Source: Auanema rhodensis (taxonomy: Eukaryota > Animalia > Nematoda). Taken from it: a DNA stretch of 64,000 nucleotides. The DNA lies in NCBI GenBank assembly GCA_964057225.1, contig OZ059894.1:3100001-3164000 (forward strand). Direction: 5' to 3'. Position numbers and translations under genes: made by a program. How positions within the stretch are numbered: position 1 is the first letter of the stretch; each line of letters opens with the position of its first letter. This document shows, piece after piece, positions 30,001 to 40,305 of the stretch. A model generated the notes under the pieces. It did not search any database and was not told where the DNA came from. It was given only the letters and a program-made list of their open reading frames with translations.

Positions 30001-33000
30001 ATATCCTCGATTTTCACCCTGAAGAATTAATTTTTTCGTTGAATAACATTGTCCATCGTCTTTGCCTTGAAAAAAAGAATCTAAAAACATCTACTTTTTG
30101 CTAAATTATTTTGAAATTTTTCGAAAAAATTTTTGTCAAAATGTTTTTGGAAGCAATGTTGAGTGTACATGGAAACTCAACATACACTAATGCATCATTT
30201 TTCAAACAATCATAACTAATTTTTGTATTGAGCGTTTTTCAATGTAGTATAGTGCATTCGATGCGGATTTTTAAGCTGCGTCGAGCTGTGTTATCAGATT
30301 TGCGCTAGCTTAAAAATGCACCGAGATATCAACTGATATAAGTTCACACATATATCCTCGATTTTCACCCTGAAGAATTAATTTTTTCGTTGAATAACAT
30401 TGTCCATCGTCTTTGCCTTGAAAAAAGGAATCTAAAAACATCTACTTTTCGCTAAATTATTTTGAAATTTTTCGAAAAAATTTTTGTCAAAATGTTTTTG
30501 GAAGCAATGTTGAGTGTACATGGAAACTCAACATACACTAATGCATCATTTTTCAAACGATTATAACTAATTTTTGTATTAAGCGTTTTTCAATGTAGTA
30601 TAGTGCATTCGATGCGGATTTTCAAGCTGCGTCGATCTGTGTTATCAGATTTGCGCTAGCTTAAAAATGCACCGAGATATCAACTGATATAAGTTCACAC
30701 TTATATCCTCGATTTTCACCCTGAAGAATTAATTTTTTCGTTGAATAACATTGTCCATCGTCTTTGCCTTGAAAAAAGGAATCTAAAAACATCTACTTTT
30801 CGCTAAATTATTTTGAAATTTTTCGAAAAAATTTTTGTCAAAATGTTTTTGGAAGCAATGTTGAGTGTACATGGAAACTCAACATACACTAATGCATCAT
30901 TTTTCAAACAATCATAACTAATTTTTGTATTAAGCGTTTTTCAATGTAGTATAGTGCATTCGATGCGGATTTTTAAGCTGCGTCGATCTGTGTTATCCGA
31001 TTTGCGCTAGCTGAAAAATGCAACGAGATATCAACTGATATAAGTTCACACTTATATCCTCGATTTTCACCCTGAAGAATTAATTTTTTCGTTGAATAAC
31101 ATTGTCCATCGTCTTTGCCTTGAAAAAAAGAATCTAAAAACATCTACTTTTTGCTAAATTATTTTGAAATTTTTCGAAAAAATTTTTGTCAAAATGTTTT
31201 TGGAAGCAATGTTGAGTGTACATGGAAACTCAACATACACTAATGCATCATTTTTCAAACAATCATAACTAATTTTTGTATTGAGCGTTTTTCAATGTAG
31301 TATAGTGCATTCGATGCGGATTTTTAAGCTGCGTCGAGCTGTGTTATCAGATTTGCGCTAGCTTAAAAATGCACCGAGATATCAACTGATATAAGTTCAC
31401 ACATATATCCTCGATTTTCACCCTGAAGAATTAATTTTTTCGTTGAATAACATTGTCCATCGTCTTTGCCTTGAAAAAAGGAATCTAAAAACATCTACTT
31501 TTCGCTAAATTATTTTGAAATTTTTCGAAAAAATTTTTGTCAAAATGTTTTTGGAAGCAATGTTGAGTGTACATGGAAACTCAACATACACTAATGCATC
31601 ATTTTTCAAACAATCATAACTAATTTTTGTATTAAGCGTTTTTCAATGTAGTATAGTGCATTCGATGCGGATTTTCAAGCTGCGTCGATCTGTGTTATCA
31701 GATTTGCGCTAGCTTAAAAATGCACCGAGATATCAACTGATATAAGTTCACACTTATATCCTCGATTTTCACCCTGAAGAATTAATTTTTTCGATGAATA
31801 ACATTGTCCATCGTCTTTGCCTTGAAAAAAGGAGTCTAAAAACATCTACTTTTCGCTAAATTATTTTGAAATTTTTCGAAAAAATTTTTGTCAAAATGTT
31901 TTTGGAAGCAATGTTGAGTGTACATGGAAACTCAACATACACTAATGCATCATTTTTCAAACAATCATAACTAATTTTTGTAGTAAGCGTTTTTCAATGT
32001 AGTATAGTGCATTCGATGCGGATTTTTAAGCTGCGTCGATCTGTGTTATCCGATTTGCGCTAGCTGAAAAATGCACCGAGATATCAACTGATATAAGTTC
32101 ACACTTATATCCTCGATTTTCACCCTGAAGAATTAATTTTTTCGTTGAATAACATTGTCCATCGTCTTTGCCTTGAAAAAAGGAATCTAAAAACATCTAC
32201 TTTTCGCTAAATTATTTTGAAATTTTTCGAAAAAATTTTTGTCAAAATGTTTTTGGAAGCAATGTTGAGTGTACATGGAAACTCAACATACACTAATGCA
32301 TCATTTTTCAAACGATTATAACTAATTTTTGTATTAAGCGTTTTCCAATGTAGTATAGTGCATTCGATGCGGATTTTCAAGCTGCGTCGATCTGTGTTAT
32401 CAGATTTGCGCTAGCTTAAAAATGCACCGAGATATCAACTGATATAAGTTCACACTTATATCCTCGATTTTCACCCTGAAGAATTAATTTTTTCGTTGAA
32501 TAACATTGTCCATCGTCTTTGCCTTGAAAAAAGGAATCTAAAAACATCTACTTTTCGCTAAATTATTTTGAAATTTTTCGAAAAAATTTTTGTCAAAATG
32601 TTTTTGGAAGCAATGTTGAGTGTACATGGAAACTCAACATACACTAATGCATCATTTTTCAAACAATCATAACTAATTTTTGTATTAAGCGTTTTTCAAT
32701 GTAGTATAGTGCATTCGATGCGGATTTTCAAGCTGCGTCGATCTGTGTTATCAGATTTGCGCTAGCTTAAAAATGCACCGAGATATCAACTGATATAAGT
32801 TCACACTTATATCCTCGATTTTCACCCTGAAGAATTAATTTTTTCGATGAATAACATTGTCCATCGTCTTTGCCTTGAAAAAAGGAGTCTAAAAACATCT
32901 ACTTTTCGCTAAATTATTTTGAAATTTTTCGAAAAAATTTTTGTCAAAATGTTTTTGGAAGCAATGTTGAGTGTACATGGAAACTCAACATACACTAATG

Positions 33001-36000
33001 CATCATTTTTCAAACAATCATAACTAATTTTTGTATTAAGCGTTTTTCAATGTAGTATAGTGCATTCGATGCGGATTTTTAAGCTGCGTCGATCTGTGTT
33101 ATCCGATTTGCGCTAGCTGAAAAATGCACCGAGATATCAACTGATATAAGTTCACACATATATCCTCGATTTTCACCCTGAAGAATTAATTTTTTCGTTG
33201 AATAACATTGTCCATCGTCTTTGCCTTGAAAAAAGGAATCTAAAAACATCTACTTTTCGCTAAATTATTTTGAAATTTTTCGAAAAAATTTTTGTCAAAA
33301 TGTTTTTGGAAGCAATGTTGAGTGTACATGGAAACTCAACATACACTAATGCATCATTTTTCAAACGATTATAACTAATTTTTGTATTAAGCGTTTTTCA
33401 ATGTAGTATAGTGCATTCGATGCGGATTTTTAAGCTGCGTCGATCTGTGTTATCCGATTTGCGCTAGCTGAAAAATGCAACGAGATATCAACTGATATAA
33501 GTTCACACTTATATCCTCGATTTTCACCCTGAAGAATTAATTTTTTCGTTGAATAACATTGTCCATCGTCTTTGCCTTGAAAAAAAGAATCTAAAAACAT
33601 CTACTTTTTGCTAAATTATTTTGAAATTTTTCGAAAAAATTTTTGTCAAAATGTTTTTGGAAGCAATGTTGAGTGTACATGGAAACTCAACATACACTAA
33701 TGCATCATTTTTCAAACAATCATAACTAATTTTTGTATTGAGCGTTTTTCAATGTAGTATAGTGCATTCGATGCGGATTTTTAAGCTGCGTCGAGCTGTG
33801 TTATCAGATTTGCGCTAGCTTAAAAATGCACCGAGATATCAACTGATATAAGTTCACACATATATCCTCGATTTTCACCCTGAAGAATTAATTTTTTCGT
33901 TGAATAACATTGTCCATCGTCTTTGCCTTGAAAAAAGGAATCTAAAAACATCTACTTTTCGCTAAATTATTTTGAAATTTTTCGAAAAAATTTTTGTCAA
34001 AATGTTTTTGGAAGCAATGTTGAGTGTACATGGAAACTCAACATACACTAATGCATCATTTTTCAAACGATTATAACTAATTTTTGTATTAAGCGTTTTT
34101 CAATGTAGTATAGTGCATTCGATGCGGATTTTCAAGCTGCGTCGATCTGTGTTATCAGATTTGCGCTAGCTTAAAAATGCAGCGAGATATCAACTGATAT
34201 AAGTTCACACTTATATCCTCGATTTTCACCCTGAAGAATTAATTTTTTCGTTGAATAACATTGTCCATCGTCTTTGCCTTGAAAAAAGGAATCTAAAAAC
34301 ATCTACTTTTCGCTAAATTATTTTGAAATTTTTCGAAAAAATTTTTGTCAAAATGTTTTTGGAAGCAATGTTGAGTGTACATGGAAACTCAACATACACT
34401 AATGCATCATTTTTCAAACAATCATAACTAATTTTTGTATTAAGCGTTTTTCAATGTAGTATAGTGCATTCGATGCGGATTTTTAAGCTGCGTCGATCTG
34501 TGTTATCCGATTTGCGCTAGCTGAAAAATGCAACGAGATATCAACTGATATAAGTTCACACTTATATCCTCGATTTTCACCCTGAAGAATTAATTTTTTC
34601 GTTGAATAACATTGTCCATCGTCTTTGCCTTGAAAAAAAGAATCTAAAAACATCTACTTTTTGCTAAATTATTTTGAAATTTTTCGAAAAAATTTTTGTC
34701 AAAATGTTTTTGGAAGCAATGTTGAGTGTACATGGAAACTCAACATACACTAATGCATCATTTTTCAAACAATCATAACTAATTTTTGTATTGAGCGTTT
34801 TTCAATGTAGTATAGTGCATTCGATGCGGATTTTTAAGCTGCGTCGAGCTGTGTTATCAGATTTGCGCTAGCTTAAAAATGCACCGAGATATCAACTGAT
34901 ATAAGTTCACACATATATCCTCGATTTTCACCCTGAAGAATTAATTTTTTCGTTGAATAACATTGTCCATCGTCTTTGCCTTGAAAAAAGGAATCTAAAA
35001 ACATCTACTTTTCGCTAAATTATTTTGAAATTTTTCGAAAAAATTTTTGTCAAAATGTTTTTGGAAGCAATGTTGAGTGTACATGGAAACTCAACATACA
35101 CTAATGCATCATTTTTCAAACAATCATAACTAATTTTTGTATTAAGCGTTTTTCAATGTAGTATAGTGCATTCGATGCGGATTTTCAAGCTGCGTCGATC
35201 TGTGTTATCAGATTTGCGCTAGCTTAAAAATGCACCGAGATATCAACTGATATAAGTTCACACTTATATCCTCGATTTTCACCCTGAAGAATTAATTTTT
35301 TCGATGAATAACATTGTCCATCGTCTTTGCCTTGAAAAAAGGAGTCTAAAAACATCTACTTTTCGCTAAATTATTTTGAAATTTTTCGAAAAAATTTTTG
35401 TCAAAATGTTTTTGGAAGCAATGTTGAGTGTACATGGAAACTCAACATACACTAATGCATCATTTTTCAAACAATCATAACTAATTTTTGTAGTAAGCGT
35501 TTTTCAATGTAGTATAGTGCATTCGATGCGGATTTTTAAGCTGCGTCGATCTGTGTTATCCGATTTGCGCTAGCTGAAAAATGCACCGAGATATCAACTG
35601 ATATAAGTTCACACTTATATCCTCGATTTTCACCCTGAAGAATTAATTTTTTCGTTGAATAACATTGTCCATCGTCTTTGCCTTGAAAAAAGGAATCTAA
35701 AAACATCTACTTTTCGCTAAATTATTTTGAAATTTTTCGAAAAAATTTTTGTCAAAATGTTTTTGGAAGCAATGTTGAGTGTACATGGAAACTCAACATA
35801 CACTAATGCATCATTTTTCAAACGATTATAACTAATTTTTGTATTAAGCGTTTTTCAATGTAGTATAGTGCATTCGATGCGGATTTTCAAGCTGCGTCGA
35901 TCTGTGTTATCAGATTTGCGCTAGCTTAAAAATGCACCGAGATATCAACTGATATAAGTTCACACTTATATCCTCGATTTTCACCCTGAAGAATTAATTT

Positions 36001-37238
36001 TTTCGTTGAATAACATTGTCCATCGTCTTTGCCTTGAAAAAAAGAATCTAAAAACATCTACTTTTTGCTAAATTATTTTGAAATTTTTCGAAAAAATTTT
36101 TGTCAAAATGTTTTTGGAAGCAATGTTGAGTGTACATGGAAACTCAACATACACTAATGCATCATTTTTCAAACAATCATAACTAATTTTTGTATTAAGC
36201 GTTTTTCAATGTAGTATAGTGCATTCGATGCGGATTTTCAAGCTGCGTCGATCTGTGTTATCAGATTTGCGCTAGCTTAAAAATGCACCGAGATATCAAC
36301 TGATATAAGTTCACACTTATATCCTCGATTTTCACCCTGAAGAATTAATTTTTTCGATGAATAACATTGTCCATCGTCTTTGCCTTGAAAAAAGGAGTCT
36401 AAAAACATCTACTTTTCGCTAAATTATTTTGAAATTTTTCGAAAAAATTTTTGTCAAAATGTTTTTGGAAGCAATGTTGAGTGTACATGGAAACTCAACA
36501 TACACTAATGCATCATTTTTCAAACAATCATAACTAATTTTTGTAGTAAGCGTTTTTCAATGTAGTATAGTGCATTCGATGCGGATTTTTAAGCTGCGTC
36601 GATCTGTGTTATCCGATTTGCGCTAGCTGAAAAATGCACCGAGATATCAACTGATATAAGTTCACACTTATATCCTCGATTTTCACCCTGAAGAATTAAT
36701 TTTTTCGTTGAATAACATTGTCCATCGTCTTTGCCTTGAAAAAAGGAATCTAAAAACATCTACTTTTCGCTAAATTATTTTGAAATTTTTCGAAAAAATT
36801 TTTGTCAAAATGTTTTTGGAAGCAATGTTGAGTGTACATGGAAACTCAACATACACTAATGCATCATTTTTCAAACGATTATAACTAATTTTTGTATTAA
36901 GCGTTTTCCAATGTAGTATAGTGCATTCGATGCGGATTTTCAAGCTGCGTCGATCTGTGTTATCAGATTTGCGCTAGCTTAAAAATGCACCGAGATATCA
37001 ACTGATATAAGTTCACACTTATATCCTCGATTTTCACCCTGAAGAATTAATTTTTTCGTTGAATAACATTGTCCATCGTCTTTGCCTTGAAAAAAGGAAT
37101 CTAAAAACATCTACTTTTCGCTAAATTATTTTGAAATTTTTCGAAAAAATTTTTGTCAAAATGTTTTTGGAAGCAATGTTGAGTGTACATGGAAACTCAA
37201 CATACACTAATGCATCATTTTTCAAACAATCATAACTA
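1..37238. repeat. Tandem satellite array, 351-bp monomer, left arm (~106 copies)
   Basis: ACTAATGCATCATTTTTCAAAC recurs at 1, 352, 703, 1054 and onward (period 351; occasional 350-bp monomers from A-tract contraction, e.g. near 2341). All copies are in the same orientation and differ only at a few recurrent sites. The array starts before the window. Confidence 0.99.
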
Positions 37239-37398
37239 ATTATATTTATTCGACTGTTAGCTATATTGTTTACATTGACCTCACGTTACAAAAAAAAATT
37301 TTTTTTTGAATAGGGTAATAAGACCGTGGGAAAGGCGGGCTTTAAGTATTGGCGGGAACCGGGTTCTCAAGTCAATTCTATCAGTAAAACACTTCATA
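37239..37398 (+). repeat. Left inverted terminal repeat (160 bp) of the DIRS element
   Basis: Exact reverse complement of 41483-41642 by manual comparison, including the A9T9 homopolymer block. Confidence 0.96.
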
Positions 37399-37428
37399 TT
37401 TTTGTTTCGAGCCTCACGGTTGGTCGCT

Positions 37429-40305
37429 ATGGCCCCCGCTCGCACTACCAAGAAGGGACAAGCCCCTGATCATGAGCCTGCCCCGAAAAGAGGCCGCTCA
37501 TCCGTCTCGATCTCATCAGACGGCTCTTTGGAATCTTCACGACGCGATGGCCGTCTCACACCTACGGACTCAACCCAAGGCGATCACTCGGTAAACTCCC
37601 ATGAAGAACTCGATCAAGTTCGACATGACTCCTCGGACGAGGACGACTTCGTGCCCATGCCACCAGAATCTCAAGGACCTAGAACCAGGCCTGTAGTCCG
37701 CCTCTCCGGTTCCGAACTTGCCGACTTCGAGCGTCTTGCCTCCGGTTGCTCCATGCCGCACACCGAAAGAGCCGACATCTTATCTGAGCTCCCAATACTC
37801 GATTCTCCATTCGCCCGTCTACCATGCCTGGATGAGAAATACACCACCCACGTGGATAGCTCAGTCAAGCCATCAGTGAAGATCAGCGAGGCTGACATCA
37901 GGGCCTCTTACGAGAACACGCTCGATGCGCTCGCCGGCCTACGGATCATCAGGAAACTTGCGAAGATCGATAACAAGTCTCCACTTTCCTCCAAACAACA
38001 GGCATACATCAACGTGACAGAAAGATTCCTCAGCGCCAATATCAAGACGGATTATACTCACCTCAGAGAGATCGCACTTCTTAAAATGAAGTACTCTCAG
38101 CCCATCAAGGCTATGCCTAGCTACAAAAGGGCCCCGCTCTACGGTTCTACCATGTCTCTCGACAACTCTCAGGAGGTAGGATGCCATAAGCGACCAACGT
38201 CTATTAATCTTTATTCTCAGGACTCAGTCCCGGAACTCTTCGGAAAGAAGCTAAGGGCAGAAATCTCGGCTTTCTCTGAACTCTCTAGAAACTCAAGAAC
38301 CAATTCAAGTTCCCGAGATCATCAACGTCCAAGACCGTCATCGAACCAACGATCGGGACCATCAACACGACCCATCCACAAGGCTAACTCCTATAGCAGG
38401 TGCGTCCATTTTCGAGCAGGTGCTCTTTCGTCCCACCTAGACTTTTGGGGTTCCCTCTCTAAAGACCAGGATATCCTTCAGACGGTAAAAGGCTACCGCC
38501 TCCCTTTCGCAGGTAGTAAACCTAAGCGCCTTCTGTCAAATCTGACATCGTTACCGCAATCTCTTCCGGCTAACCCTCTCCTTGCGGAGCTTTTGGAGAC
38601 GGGGGCAATCAGACCGGCTAGACCTGGCGAAAGGATCTTCCGGTCCTCTACTTTTCTAGTACCCAAGTCCGATGGGTCCAGCCGCTTTATCCTCAACTTG
38701 AAGACGCTTAACACCTTCATAGAGACACCCCGGTTCAAGCTGGAATCCGTTAGGGACCTCCCATCGGTGTTGCAACGCAATGATTGGTTATGCAAGGTGG
38801 ACTTCCAGTCGGCCTATCATTCTATCCCTGTGGCAATAGAACATCAACCCTACCTGGGCTTTGATATAGAGGGCAGATCATACGTGTTCTGCGTCCTTCC
38901 TTTCGGCCTAAACGCAGCCCCATACGTGTTTCATAAGCTGATGAGGGTGCTTGCAGCGCTCCTCAGGGATCAGGGAATTCGCCTAATCAACTACCTTGAC
39001 GACTGGCTTTTTCTAGACAGGTCAGCCACAAGAGTGGCCGATCATGCGTCTCGTGCTATAGATCTATTCCGTGACGCGGGTTTCTCTATTAACATGCTTA
39101 AATCCATCTTAAGCCCTACCCAATCGCTCGATTTTCTAGGTTTAGAAATAGACACGCGCTCTCTTGAATGGCGCCTGCCAACAGAAAAACGGGAGGCTAT
39201 AAGCACCTCCCTGTCGGTCCTTCTCAGATCCCAGGCCTCCCCACTCCGGAAACTGGCCTCCCTCCTCGGGAGAATCAACTTCGCCACTGTGGTACACCCA
39301 CATTTTTCCTTTTGGGTTAGACAAACTCAAAGAGATTTACGAGGCATAGGTTTTCCCAACCTAAACGACCCCAACGAGCTTTCCGCTCAGGTCTCTATTG
39401 TAGGAGACCTTCGGGATACCTTACGTGCCTTCCTATCAGAAGAATCTTGCACACTAGGCTCCCCGAGTTCACTTGTACCCTTCTCTCCATCCCTGTCCAT
39501 TACATCGGACGCCTCCGGTGAAGGATATGGAGCATCATGGGAAGGCAACACTATCTCAGGGAAATGGTCAATCAAGGAGAAATATGCTTATCACATAAAC
39601 TGGTTGGAACTTATTGCGGCCTTCAAAGCCCTGGTCCATTTCGGCACTGAGTGGTGCAATATTGACGTGTTACTGTTAATCGATAACACATCGGCGATAA
39701 CTTACATCAACAGGCGGGGTGGCTCGGCCTCAGAACGAGGTTCGGAAATAGCCCGTAAGCTCTGGCACTTCTGCAGGGAGCGCAATATCCGAGTCAGAGC
39801 AACGCACATCGCCGGCAGACTGAATCACATCGCAGACCAACTCTCCAGGGGTAGATGCCTTCACGAAGATTGGTCCCTCCATCCGGAGACGACTGCGAGT
39901 ATTTTCCAAAGATTCGGTACCCCTTCATTTGATCTTTTTGCATCCTCCTGGAACGCAAAGGCACCACTTTACTGCTCTTTCCTTCTAGACGAGAACGCAT
40001 TCTGCGTAGACGCCTTCTCTCACAACTGGAAACTGCTGCCGCAAGGACTTCTCTTCGTCTTCCCGCCCTTCCACCTCCTCAAGAGGACCATCAACAAGTT
40101 GGCAGACTCAGGACGACAGGCCATCCTGATCGCTCCACTTTGGAAAAGCCAGATCTGGTTTCCCCTTCTGTCCCAACTAGTCCAGGAACCCCCAATGAGC
40201 CTCCATCATCCCAGCCTTCTCCAAGACAAGAAAGGCAACTCTCACCCCCTCCTGGGGACAAGAAATTTTTTCCTGGCGGCGTGGAGGATTTCACCGCCAG
40301 CATAG
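37429..40305 (+). CDS. DIRS polyprotein: Gag-like N-terminus + reverse transcriptase + RNase H + N6-adenine-methyltransferase-like domain (958 aa from first ATG)
   Basis: The ORF track starts at a TTG inside the ITR; the first ATG is at 37429 (MAPARTTKK). RT motifs: KVDFQSAYHSI, LPFGLNAAP, YLDD (38992-39003). RNase H motifs: TSDAS (Asp at 39508), INWLEL, LIDN, NHIADQLSR. MT-like motifs: DLFAS (39931), DAFSHNW, FPPF (40060-40071), LIAPLW. The Gag assignment rests on position and an LFG motif only. Confidence 0.95.
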   Translation: MAPARTTKKGQAPDHEPAPKRGRSSVSISSDGSLESSRRDGRLTPTDSTQGDHSVNSHEELDQVRHDSSDEDDFVPMPPESQGPRTRPVVRLSGSELADFERLASGCSMPHTERADILSELPILDSPFARLPCLDEKYTTHVDSSVKPSVKISEADIRASYENTLDALAGLRIIRKLAKIDNKSPLSSKQQAYINVTERFLSANIKTDYTHLREIALLKMKYSQPIKAMPSYKRAPLYGSTMSLDNSQEVGCHKRPTSINLYSQDSVPELFGKKLRAEISAFSELSRNSRTNSSSRDHQRPRPSSNQRSGPSTRPIHKANSYSRCVHFRAGALSSHLDFWGSLSKDQDILQTVKGYRLPFAGSKPKRLLSNLTSLPQSLPANPLLAELLETGAIRPARPGERIFRSSTFLVPKSDGSSRFILNLKTLNTFIETPRFKLESVRDLPSVLQRNDWLCKVDFQSAYHSIPVAIEHQPYLGFDIEGRSYVFCVLPFGLNAAPYVFHKLMRVLAALLRDQGIRLINYLDDWLFLDRSATRVADHASRAIDLFRDAGFSINMLKSILSPTQSLDFLGLEIDTRSLEWRLPTEKREAISTSLSVLLRSQASPLRKLASLLGRINFATVVHPHFSFWVRQTQRDLRGIGFPNLNDPNELSAQVSIVGDLRDTLRAFLSEESCTLGSPSSLVPFSPSLSITSDASGEGYGASWEGNTISGKWSIKEKYAYHINWLELIAAFKALVHFGTEWCNIDVLLLIDNTSAITYINRRGGSASERGSEIARKLWHFCRERNIRVRATHIAGRLNHIADQLSRGRCLHEDWSLHPETTASIFQRFGTPSFDLFASSWNAKAPLYCSFLLDENAFCVDAFSHNWKLLPQGLLFVFPPFHLLKRTINKLADSGRQAILIAPLWKSQIWFPLLSQLVQEPPMSLHHPSLLQDKKGNSHPLLGTRNFFLAAWRISPPA

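Noticed and set aside
37231-37250. Extended homology between the element's circle junction and the satellite target
   Set aside because: Only the ATT core is clearly shared. The flanking similarity is what AT-rich sequence gives by chance.
37306-37428. TTG start and 41-aa N-terminal extension of the 999-aa ORF
   Set aside because: The TTG lies inside the ITR at the end of the T9 run. In a eukaryotic element the ATG at 37429 is the more plausible start.
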